Part shown: piece after piece, positions 34,967-44,238 of the stretch
How positions within the stretch are numbered: the stretch's first letter is position 1
Layout of the letters: the number at the start of each line of letters is the position of its first letter
Source: a virus
Taxonomy: Duplodnaviria; Caudoviricetes
IMG/VR virus record: IMGVR_UViG_3300049488_000018
Span: 7,279 to 71,278 of that record
Length of the DNA: 64,000 bases
Strand: one strand, 5' to 3'
Translations under genes and position numbers: made by a program
The notes under the pieces: model-generated
Seen by the model: the letters and a program-made list of their open reading frames with translations, nothing else
What the model was told of the DNA's origin: nothing
Databases searched by the model: none

Positions 34967-37156
34967 ATGGAATTATACATCAAGCCGTCTGGTGACAGCT
35001 TTAAGAAAGCAAATACAGCTATCAGACTACTAGACGCGACTTCTGGGCCTATGTCAGCTCCTAAGCCTAACTTACCAGTCATGAAAGAGCCAGAGACGCC
35101 CACAACGGCTCCTATGGTGTCTAAGCTCACTAAGAACATAAGAACTATTGATACACCTATCCCTAGGTACTTTGAGGCTCCTAATCAGATCAATTCATGG
35201 TATGCTGAAGGTGAATATGACCTTGTAGCTATCTTTAAGATGTTAAAGCACGAAGCTTACTTCTTAAAAGCAACACAGAAGAAATTAGCTCTGCTTACAA
35301 AGTCTGGGTTCTCTATTACTTCTGATGATGATGAAATCACAGAGTACATGAATAATAGATGGACTATGATGTTCCTGCAGACGGGTATCTCTTTTGAGAG
35401 AATCATAAGACAGTTATCTTATTATCTGATAGCATGTTCAAATGCTTTCGTCATTAAGGTTCGTGACGATGATTGTCAGTTTGCGAGCTCGTTCACTAAA
35501 GATGGCAAGGAAGTTAAGCCTATTGTAGGCCTATTCATGCCACACCCAACCACTATGAAGGCGAAACTTAAGGTTGTTAAAGACCCTAAGTTTAAAGCTT
35601 ACAAGATGATTATCGACAAGTGGATCCACACTAACAGACGTGGAGTAATGCGTTTATTCGAGCCAGAGGATGTATCACACTTTACCCTATTTAAAGAAGA
35701 TGGAATGATCTTAGGTTGCCCTGAGGTTATACCTGTCATTGATGATATACGCACATTGCGTAAGATAGAAGAAGATATACAATTACTGATCTATAGAGAC
35801 CTTTTCCCTGTTATCCATTATAAGGTATAGAATCCTACTGTCATAGACCACGTAAGTGGCCAAACAGAGCTCGACAGAGCTAAGTATGACCTTGAGAGAC
35901 TAGTACAGGATGGCGGCATAGCGACAGACGCTAGACACGAGATTGAGTACATTGGCAACCAAGGTAAGTCGCTAGATGTTAAACCGTACCTGGAGTACTT
36001 CCAGCAACGTGTGTTTACAGGCCTTGGTGTGACTTCTACGGACATGGGAATCGGGAATGATATCTCAGGCACCACTGCTAGTACAATGAGCTCTCAGATC
36101 GTCGATGCTGTTAAGTTTATACAAAGAGAGATCGTTAACCAGTTTAACGAGAAGATCCTAGTAGAAATGGCGATGCAGTCACCTTTCCTTGATCGTGTAT
36201 TCGCTCCAGGCATGATGCCACAGTTAAGCTTTAATGAAGTAGATATCGAATGGCAGATCAGAAAAGAAAACCATGCAGCTGACTTATTTACTAAAGGTGT
36301 TAAGACTGTTGACGAAGTACGTAATGGTATGGGACATAAGGACTTAACAGAAGAGCATCTAGGTAGAACTTATCACGGACTATATGAGAAGCCACAGATG
36401 GACGCTGATCATCAGTTAGCTAAAGAATCACTAGAGCAGCAGGGTGAACTTGGTGAGAAAGGCCTTAAGGTCCAGGCAGCAACCAAGGCTACTCAGTTAA
36501 AAGCCAAGGCGAATAAGACTACATCAGGAAAGACAAAGCAGAAGTCATCTGGCGTGAAGAAAGACACAGTTAAGTCATCTAAGTCTAACAGCAATATAAC
36601 TAAGTCACACAGAGACTCAATGGAGAATATATCTATTCAGGATGTATTCAGAGGCGCGTTAGAAGGTATTTCAGATGAGGACAAATCGAGAAAGAAGCTT
36701 GATATTATATTTGCGACTAAATGCACATATGATGTAATCAAGGCGAATATGCGCGACTCTGTCCTAAGGGGGATGGAGGATGCCGCTAGAGATCTTGGTA
36801 TTGAAGATTATAGCACTGACATTGTACACGATTTATTTGCTCCTGTAGATAAACTTAGAGACAGTGTTGTAGATATGGTATATAATGATTCTAATGCAAT
36901 AAACAGAGCTGCAGCAAGAGTGTCGATAACTAACCGGACTGAACAAAGTAGAGCTTATAATTATGGTTATGCTATCACTTGCGTTAATAACAACGTAGAT
37001 ACACTATTGATATACTCTGATGCAGAAGATGTTAGTTCGGACAGCTCACAATATTTAGGTCAAGAAATAGTGGTTAATAGGACAAACATATTGTCTGTTA
37101 TCCCGCCGTATAGACCTAACTCAAAGCTGAAAATTAAACTTAAAGAGGGAAATTAA
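34967..37156 (+). CDS. Portal protein (729 codons) with in-frame TAG at 35828-35830 and C-terminal MuF-like domain
   Basis: Track ORFs 34967..35830 and 36011..37156 are in the same frame, and the 60 codons between them contain no stop. Portal-like segments GCPEVIPVIDDIRTLRKIEEDI, YLEYFQQRVFTGLGV, LSFNEVD..KTVDEVRNGMG. Lies between TerL and the protease. Confidence 0.8.
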
Positions 37157-37157
37157 G

Positions 37158-37529
37158 ATGGCGAAACCAGGCAAGAAAGCTTATGTAGCACCAAAAGAAG
37201 ACGCTCCAGTTTCTACGGAAGTAGAAGCAATTGTTAACGCTAAAGAAGAAGCACCAATCGAGGAAGCTCCTGTGGTCACAACTAATGTAATAGCGACTCC
37301 AATTGACGCAGAAGCTTTACCAGGTCCTGAAGTGAAACTTGAACTTCCTCCTACCCTTGCAGAAGTAGCGACAGCTATTGAGCAGAATGATGATGTTGAA
37401 ATAGTCGGTATCAGAGGATTCGAAGGTATCTCTGGTAAGGTTGCAGAGATCCGCCCTGATGGCTATATCGTAATCAGAGCTACTACTGGCACCTTTGCCG
37501 CTCCTAAAGCTAACGTAAAGAAAGTGTAA
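37158..37529 (+). CDS. Protein with Pro/Glu-rich N-terminus and C-terminal KOW/SH3-like domain
   Basis: DVEIVGIRGFEGISGKVAEIRPDGYIVI. Confidence 0.65.
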   Translation: MAKPGKKAYVAPKEDAPVSTEVEAIVNAKEEAPIEEAPVVTTNVIATPIDAEALPGPEVKLELPPTLAEVATAIEQNDDVEIVGIRGFEGISGKVAEIRPDGYIVIRATTGTFAAPKANVKKV

Positions 37530-37530
37530 T

Positions 37531-39540
37531 ATGGTATTCAATAGGGATTCTATAAAATTTTATGAGACCTTCGACATCAAGCTCTCTGATAGCGTCCTAG
37601 TTAAACTTGAAGACTCTATTAGAAACAAGAAAGAGATGCTTATTACTATTGATGCTAGCCATTACGGCTTTCGAAATGGTAACGGCACCGTTTATCGTCA
37701 TGATACTGTACAAAATGACATTCACTCTTTTGTGTCTCCTAAGCCGAGACCTATAATCCAGCAACACAGACCAGATACTTCTGAGAAGTTTGGTAGGATT
37801 ATAGCAGCTGACTACAAGCTAACTGATTTCTATGATATCCTAGCTAAGGATCATCAATTAGAAGGCCTAAGTACAGAAGAGTATATCGGACTATGCAAAG
37901 ATGTATTACTTCCCTTCCAGAGGAAAACTCCTGGCTTTAATGGACTAGGATATGTTCAGGTAGTTGGTAAGCTAGATAGCCCTAGAGCTATACAGAAAGT
38001 ACTTGATGGAGAGTTCTTAACCGTCTCCATAGGCGCTAAGCCTATTAAGCTAGTATGTTCTGAGTGTCTTACAGATCAGATGGACAATATATGTAAACAT
38101 TTCGCGAATAAGACAAATGATATCTTTATGCTATCAGAGTCATTGCAGTATGAAGAACTTTCATTCGTGCAAAAACCAGCAGACCCATATGGCAAGATAA
38201 CTATGATCCATGATGGGCTTGTTGAGGAATATAAAGTAGAGCGTGAAGATTCATGTTTAAACGCTAACGTAGATGTTATAGACATACAAGACTTCTTCTC
38301 ACAGATAAATGGTGGAAAGAAAATAGTATGTGTTGACAATATCTGCACAATTATTAACCAGGAGGAAAAAGTAATGAGAGGTAAGAAAAAAGAAGATGTT
38401 GCTGTTACTACAGTAGCTCTATGTGATGAATTTTCTGCCGATCAGCTATCGTCTATTAAGCTTACCTCTGGTGAGACCCTTACTGCTGACGCACTTAAGT
38501 TAAGTGATTCTGAAGCTATTGCAGACCGTTCTTTCGCTGTTGTTCAAAAGACAGCAGAAGGACTTAAGCGTAGATTCCCACTAACTGACGCGCTACAGGT
38601 AGAAGCTTCTCTCAGACTGATTGACCAAGCTGTTGACCTTACTGATTCAGAAAAGGAAAAGGCTGTAGCTAGCCTTGAGAAAGCTGCTAAGAAGTTTGCT
38701 GTAGTGATCGAAGATGCACAAGAAGACGCCGATCCGGCTATAACTGACGAAGTTGTAACTGATGAAGTCGTTGACCCTGCTCTAGCTGACGCTGATCCAG
38801 AAGTGACTGACACTGCAGTTGAAGATGCTCCTAAAACGATTGAAGCACTATGCGATGAGCTTAAGGCTATGATTGAGGCGTTCGAAATGCCAGTAGCACT
38901 GACTGATGAGGAAGAAGCTGCTCTAACAGATGCTGAGAAGGCTGCTAAAGTAGAAAGACCTAACCCTGTTGCTATTCTATTCTCCATGGTTGCATCACTT
39001 GGAAGAGACCTTAAATGGGCTGGAGATATGCTTGAGGGATCAATTATTTCTTATTTAACAGAATTAGGAAAAGAAACAGTTGCAAAAGGTACTAAAGATG
39101 AGTTAGAATCTAAAGTACAAGCTATCACTGACGAGCTTACAGAAGCTACTGAAGAGATTGAGTTGCTTGACGAGCAGAATAGAGATCTTAACTTCCAACT
39201 CAGAACAGATCGTATTGATGAGCTAGTTGCTGCTAAAACCGCACTAGGACTAGTTGATGCGACTACTGAAGAGGCTGAGAGAGCTAAGCTAATTAAGCTT
39301 CCGTACAACGTTCTATGTGACCAAGTAACTGATTATCGTAAACTTAAAAACACAATTAAGGATAGCTCAGTTAATAACACACTAGATATCAAGAGTATTC
39401 CAGACCCCACACTGACCGATGCCGATTCTGACATCGACAATCAGGGTGATTTGAAAGACGTAATCAACCTTTCAGACGCTGAGAAAGTCGTAATGTCATT
39501 TGAAGATAAGGTTATGTTGTTCAAGAGCCTGTTTAAATAA
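37531..39540 (+). CDS. Prohead protease / scaffold fusion
   Basis: N-terminal ITIDASHYG, FLTVSIGA, CSEC..CKH, EELSFVQKPAD; acidic coiled-coil C-terminal half. Confidence 0.8.
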   Translation: MVFNRDSIKFYETFDIKLSDSVLVKLEDSIRNKKEMLITIDASHYGFRNGNGTVYRHDTVQNDIHSFVSPKPRPIIQQHRPDTSEKFGRIIAADYKLTDFYDILAKDHQLEGLSTEEYIGLCKDVLLPFQRKTPGFNGLGYVQVVGKLDSPRAIQKVLDGEFLTVSIGAKPIKLVCSECLTDQMDNICKHFANKTNDIFMLSESLQYEELSFVQKPADPYGKITMIHDGLVEEYKVEREDSCLNANVDVIDIQDFFSQINGGKKIVCVDNICTIINQEEKVMRGKKKEDVAVTTVALCDEFSADQLSSIKLTSGETLTADALKLSDSEAIADRSFAVVQKTAEGLKRRFPLTDALQVEASLRLIDQAVDLTDSEKEKAVASLEKAAKKFAVVIEDAQEDADPAITDEVVTDEVVDPALADADPEVTDTAVEDAPKTIEALCDELKAMIEAFEMPVALTDEEEAALTDAEKAAKVERPNPVAILFSMVASLGRDLKWAGDMLEGSIISYLTELGKETVAKGTKDELESKVQAITDELTEATEEIELLDEQNRDLNFQLRTDRIDELVAAKTALGLVDATTEEAERAKLIKLPYNVLCDQVTDYRKLKNTIKDSSVNNTLDIKSIPDPTLTDADSDIDNQGDLKDVINLSDAEKVVMSFEDKVMLFKSLFK

Positions 39541-39590
39541 CTTAGACAGGTGCCACAATAAAGAAGTTATATTTTGGAGGTTAAAAGCTA

Positions 39591-40817
39591 ATGAAATTCA
39601 GCGGAACTAATTACTTCGGTAATCATCAGGGCGCACCCCAAATTCTACAGGGTACACCTAACTATAACGTAGAAATTGGTGAAGGCCAAACTCCTCCAGG
39701 TGAATTTTACCCAGCACATTATCTGCCAGTTGTACAAACTGAAAACAGACTAATGGGAAGCTGGTTCGTCCTTATGCCTGGAAAAGTCGTATCTCTCGAC
39801 TCTAACAAGAGACTCATCGGAGCTGGTCTTGCAGAAGACTATGCTGCATTCGAAGCTGCTTATGTTGCCGATCCAGGTAACGCTGCTGCTAAACTTGCTG
39901 CTGGTAACCTTGCAGCTCAAATCAAGTACACTGCTAACGACGAAGCTAACGGTACTGTAGATGCTCAAGGCATCGCAGCTGTTGCTGGTGACGCTGTTGC
40001 AGAATCAATGTACGATGGCGGATCTGCTAAGTCTATTGGTGTTACTGCACCAGTTGGTATCATGAGATACTCAGCACTTACTGCTCCTGGTACTGATCCT
40101 TCTAACCCTGCAACATTCTTCAAGCATGCTTATGATACTGGTGGAGCTCGTGCGTTCTCACGTTGGTGCTACATTCAGATCCCAGTTGTTGAAGTTAATG
40201 AGCGTAGAGAAGTAATCCCTACTGGCGTTTCTTCTTTCCGTGCGACTCTTTATCCAGGTGCTGGCGCTAATGGCATCAAGGTTAAAGCAAGTGCAGCAAA
40301 CGGAGCAGCTACTGTTGCTCTCACAATGTACGCTAACCCAGTTCTTATGCCAGCTCCTGCTGGTAATGCAACTACAGCTGATGCTTTTGTTATGATCGGC
40401 CGCACACTTCAGTTCAACGGCCTTACAGCTGCTGGATGGACAGTATGCTACACACCTAAGATTGATCTTCCTTTCACTTGCCTCAAGACTACTGATGCAG
40501 CTGGCAAGGCACTCGATATGGGGCAGTCAGCAGTTGACGTTAAAGCTCTGCTTGGCGAAGAAGTTGGCTACAACCTAGGTTCAGACTTCCAGCTTATCGG
40601 ATCTCCTGGATGCTACACAAAGAAAGTTGGTCGTATTCTCGACGTGAAAAACGGTACAAACGAGGATCTCAAACTTGTACTTTCATACTTTAGAGACGCA
40701 GGTTTATGGCAAGAACAACCTGGTTATGCTACAGACGGACGTAACACAATGCTCAGCATTGCTAATGCTCCTAAGTACATTGCTAGAATCGCTGTAAACT
40801 TCAATCTCTTCTATTAA
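39591..40817 (+). CDS. Putative capsid-associated / decoration protein
   Basis: Between the scaffold and MCP genes; high-expression codon bias like the MCP. Confidence 0.6.
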   Translation: MKFSGTNYFGNHQGAPQILQGTPNYNVEIGEGQTPPGEFYPAHYLPVVQTENRLMGSWFVLMPGKVVSLDSNKRLIGAGLAEDYAAFEAAYVADPGNAAAKLAAGNLAAQIKYTANDEANGTVDAQGIAAVAGDAVAESMYDGGSAKSIGVTAPVGIMRYSALTAPGTDPSNPATFFKHAYDTGGARAFSRWCYIQIPVVEVNERREVIPTGVSSFRATLYPGAGANGIKVKASAANGAATVALTMYANPVLMPAPAGNATTADAFVMIGRTLQFNGLTAAGWTVCYTPKIDLPFTCLKTTDAAGKALDMGQSAVDVKALLGEEVGYNLGSDFQLIGSPGCYTKKVGRILDVKNGTNEDLKLVLSYFRDAGLWQEQPGYATDGRNTMLSIANAPKYIARIAVNFNLFY

Positions 40818-40843
40818 TACAAGGCAACGGAGGATAAATTACG

Positions 40844-42070
40844 ATGTTTGATTTAGAACAAAAGCTAATCGCTTTCATGCAGAAGACAGGGGCATTAACT
40901 GACTCTGTTGACAAAAGCGAAGTTAAGCTAAAAGATATCCTGGTAAATACCGACCTTTCAAGACTGATCCCAGTTGCTATTTCTGAGATCGTTCGTGAAG
41001 CGGCAGAGCCAGAGCTTCTAGCTACAAAACTCTTCACCACAATCAACCAGAAAGACGGAATCTTTATTCAGCTTCCTGCAGTTGGTGCGATGGATACAAT
41101 TGAAGAAGTGGCCCCAGGCGCAGAATACGGTACAGAAGAAATCACCCTCGGTGGTGGTACTTCAATCCGTGTTGACATCCGTAAATACGGTGTTAAGCTT
41201 GCACTCACAGAAGAAATGATTGAGCAGTCCCAGTGGGACGTAATCGGTCAGTGGCTTAAAGCAGCTGGTAAAGCTTTCGCAAGAAAGAAAAACCGTATCT
41301 GCTTCAACCTCTTTGAGAAGCAAGCACTCACTCTGGTCGATAACAAAAACCCAGCTCGTTCAGTTCTTGGACGCGCACTATCAGGAAAAGATGCAAACGG
41401 AAAGTTCAACTTCAGTTTCTCTGCAGAAGACTTCTTCGACATCTATGCAACCATGCTGCAAGAAGGCTTTGCTCCTAAAGTCATCATCATGCATCCACTT
41501 ATGTGGGGTATCTGGGTGAAAGACCCTATCCTCCGTGTCTGGGCATGGCAGAATGGTTCTGGTCCTCTCTTCAACGGCTACGATCTTCAAGGCGTAAAGC
41601 GTGATGAGTTCTTCTCTGGACTTGGTATGTCTAAGGGTGGTACAAGACCAGGCGAGACTGTTCCTCCTGACTTCAAAGGGAAGCCAATTCTCCCGAACTA
41701 CCTGAATGTTCCATTCACAGTAATGGTTTCTCCTCAGGTTCCTTTTGACCCAATCACCAAGACCTCTAACATCTATTTCATAGATCCAGAGAACTGCGGT
41801 GCACTTGTCCAGTCTGAGCAGATCAACCACCACCAGTGGGCAGATCCAGAGCGTGACATCCAGGTCATCAAGCTCCGTGAGAAGTACGGTGTTGCAATGC
41901 TGAACGAAGGACGTGGAGTTGGTGTAGTTAAGAACGTTCCTCTTACAGTTAACAGATTCCCTGAGTTCGGTATCACTAACGTTCAGACAACTATCGCTTC
42001 TGCGGTTGCTGCTAACGGTGGTAACGGTATCAATGCAGAGGATATGACTGCTGCAATCAAAATGCCTTAA
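40844..42070 (+). CDS. Major capsid protein (HK97 fold)
   Basis: EEVAPGAEY, KYGVKLALTEEMIEQSQWDVI, AAGKAFARKKN, IIMHP; followed by a strong terminator. Confidence 0.88.
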   Translation: MFDLEQKLIAFMQKTGALTDSVDKSEVKLKDILVNTDLSRLIPVAISEIVREAAEPELLATKLFTTINQKDGIFIQLPAVGAMDTIEEVAPGAEYGTEEITLGGGTSIRVDIRKYGVKLALTEEMIEQSQWDVIGQWLKAAGKAFARKKNRICFNLFEKQALTLVDNKNPARSVLGRALSGKDANGKFNFSFSAEDFFDIYATMLQEGFAPKVIIMHPLMWGIWVKDPILRVWAWQNGSGPLFNGYDLQGVKRDEFFSGLGMSKGGTRPGETVPPDFKGKPILPNYLNVPFTVMVSPQVPFDPITKTSNIYFIDPENCGALVQSEQINHHQWADPERDIQVIKLREKYGVAMLNEGRGVGVVKNVPLTVNRFPEFGITNVQTTIASAVAANGGNGINAEDMTAAIKMP

Positions 42071-42098
42071 TAGTTAAGGTATCTGGTAAGACAAAAGA

Positions 42099-42135
42099 GG
42101 GGAAGTGAGAAATCACTTCCCTTTTCTTGTTTTTT
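42099..42135 (+). terminator. Rho-independent terminator after MCP
   Basis: GGGAAGTGA-GAAA-TCACTTCCC-TTTTCTTGTTTTT. Confidence 0.85.
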
Positions 42136-42160
42136 ACGTTAATAACAGTTATACTATAAT
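42132..42160 (+). promoter_or_regulatory. Possible sigma70-type promoter
   Basis: TATAAT at 42155-42160 with TTTTAC/TTTACG 16-17 nt upstream. Confidence 0.45.
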
Positions 42161-42186
42161 TGTAGTTTATAACTGAGAGGTGAAAT

Positions 42187-42531
42187 ATGGTTTACACAAT
42201 CAATTTAAAATGGTGTTCATACAAACAAGATATCTCTAGCGTAGACAAGATGGTTGGCGATCAGCCAGCTACATATGCTATTTTGCGTTATGCGCAAGAT
42301 ATTCCAGAGTCGATTTACAGAAGAGCAATGAACCTATTGCTAGCTTGCACAGATCAAATTACAAATAAAAAATTAAATAAACTTCTAAAGTCGTATGCCA
42401 ATGTTTCTAAAGTCGGCATTGTCATGGACGAAGAGTTCGTAGAAACACTAGATATACCAGCTCAGCAAGGCTTCATTGTAGAAGGTGGCATGCGCGGTTA
42501 TAGTATAATGATAGAAGACGACGAGGACTAA
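42187..42531 (+). CDS. Hypothetical protein (114 aa)
   Basis: GAGGTG RBS. Confidence 0.7.
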   Translation: MVYTINLKWCSYKQDISSVDKMVGDQPATYAILRYAQDIPESIYRRAMNLLLACTDQITNKKLNKLLKSYANVSKVGIVMDEEFVETLDIPAQQGFIVEGGMRGYSIMIEDDED

Positions 42532-42534
42532 CTA

Positions 42535-43569
42535 ATGGCACTTACAGTTACAGCGATAACTCCATCTGATGCAGATAACAATGTCGCTATTGATAGGAAG
42601 ATAATCATAGAGTTTAATGGGCCTGTTGACCCATTCACTGTAGCTAAAGGGATTAGTGTATATTGCGACGTAGAGAATCTATGGTCTGGACCGGACCTAG
42701 CTTCTTTAGACTCGAAATATCGTGATGTCTTAGAAATAGGAAAGGACTATGCTTACTACCCTTACAGTTATACAATTGTTGGCAATATCGTCACATTAAG
42801 CCTAGGCGTAAGTATGCTGCCAGATAAGCAGCACTATGTTTCAGTCCTCCCAGGCAATGATGCCTCGCGCTATATATCAGAGCCTACTACTGGCGTACCT
42901 GTCTATAATAAAGCGAATCCTCTTGATGATGGAGCTATTGAGATCTTATCTCCTTACAATGGCACAATTGACGGTGTTTATACTGTAGCATTTAATGCAG
43001 CAGACAAAATAGACGTTGTATTCGAAGGTAACTACCTTGGTGAGTTTATTTATACTCCTAACGAGGAAGTTAATCTGGGAGACATATCTATCTCTATAAG
43101 TGGTGCCTGGGCGCTATTAGACGAGGCTACCATACCGGTATTTAAGGCAACTGGTGTAGACGCTATATACAAGAGCGTATTTACTACGACTAAGTATGAA
43201 ACGCTAACTCCCACATCTGTCCGCATTGAAGAGAAGCTTAAGGCGCAGTCTGTGCTTAACTCGCTTAAGATAGTAGGTACAATCCCACAAGGGCTCTCAG
43301 TAAATAACGATAAGTGCAATCCTATAGTGCTAAAGTTCTCAGCGCCAGTTGATGAGCTACAGGACTTTGTTAACTCTATCAGAGTATCGAAAACATCACT
43401 CACTACGGGTCGCATAAAGGCCGTTAAGTATTACGTTAAGGCCGTTGGAGACACCGTTAAGATTTATCTGGTTGGGGTTGACAACTCTGGTACAGTTGAT
43501 CATGCCATTAACTTAGATGAAGTTGTACAGAGAGACCTGAGAGAAAGACTCAACATACTAGGAGGCTAA
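42535..43569 (+). CDS. Bacterial Ig-like (Big_5-type) domain virion protein
   Basis: LTVTAITPSDADNNVAIDRKIIIEFNGPVD, with a second copy KIVGTIP..NPIVLKFSAPVD. Confidence 0.75.
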   Translation: MALTVTAITPSDADNNVAIDRKIIIEFNGPVDPFTVAKGISVYCDVENLWSGPDLASLDSKYRDVLEIGKDYAYYPYSYTIVGNIVTLSLGVSMLPDKQHYVSVLPGNDASRYISEPTTGVPVYNKANPLDDGAIEILSPYNGTIDGVYTVAFNAADKIDVVFEGNYLGEFIYTPNEEVNLGDISISISGAWALLDEATIPVFKATGVDAIYKSVFTTTKYETLTPTSVRIEEKLKAQSVLNSLKIVGTIPQGLSVNNDKCNPIVLKFSAPVDELQDFVNSIRVSKTSLTTGRIKAVKYYVKAVGDTVKIYLVGVDNSGTVDHAINLDEVVQRDLRERLNILGG

Positions 43570-43570
43570 A

Positions 43571-43903
43571 ATGATATTGTTCCTTGCTATCATAAATACG
43601 ATTATATTTGCACCATTCTATATTGCTATCGTTGTCTTGCAAGGAATTATCTATACTCCTGTCATATTTCTCACGCATAATAAGACTATAAGACAGTATC
43701 TTATAAACAACCTTATTGGAACAGACCAGGCCACTAACGCAATGTGTGGCGGCGATCCTGACGAGACCATTAGTTCCAGACTAGAGAAAGACAGAAAAGA
43801 GAATAGCTTTGCTCTATTCATGTGCAAGTTCCTAGATATATTTCAGAAAGACCATACTAAGATATCTCTCGAGCCTGATAGGGGCGACAAGAAAGTATTA
43901 TGA
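43571..43903 (+). CDS. Small membrane-anchored phage protein
   Basis: N-terminal TM, then DQATNAMCGGDPDETISSR. Confidence 0.7.
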   Translation: MILFLAIINTIIFAPFYIAIVVLQGIIYTPVIFLTHNKTIRQYLINNLIGTDQATNAMCGGDPDETISSRLEKDRKENSFALFMCKFLDIFQKDHTKISLEPDRGDKKVL

Positions 43904-44232
43904 TAACGACGCTTCCTAGAAGAAAGAAAAAGAAAGCTAAGTCTGGGAAGTTTCCTAATAGGCCTCCTGAGCATGATAAATGGTCTTTAGCAGTACGCGT
44001 AAGAGACAAGTTCACATGTCAAGAATGCGGCAGTATGGTAAGAAAAGATTTACAGGCTCATCATATTAAGCCATGGACAACACACCCAAGATTGCGATTT
44101 AACTTAGATAACGGCAAAACGCTCTGCATAAAGTGTCATACTGCTTACCATCCAGAGATGAAGAACTTCATGCTAGGAAAGAAGCGCAAGAAAGCCAGAT
44201 CAATTAATAAATTACTCAAACTTCTAAAGTAG
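43900..44232 (+). CDS. HNH endonuclease
   Basis: VRVRDKFTCQECG..AHHIKPW..RFNLDNGKTLCIKCHTAYH. Confidence 0.9.
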   Translation: MITTLPRRKKKKAKSGKFPNRPPEHDKWSLAVRVRDKFTCQECGSMVRKDLQAHHIKPWTTHPRLRFNLDNGKTLCIKCHTAYHPEMKNFMLGKKRKKARSINKLLKLLK

Positions 44233-44238
44233 GGACTT

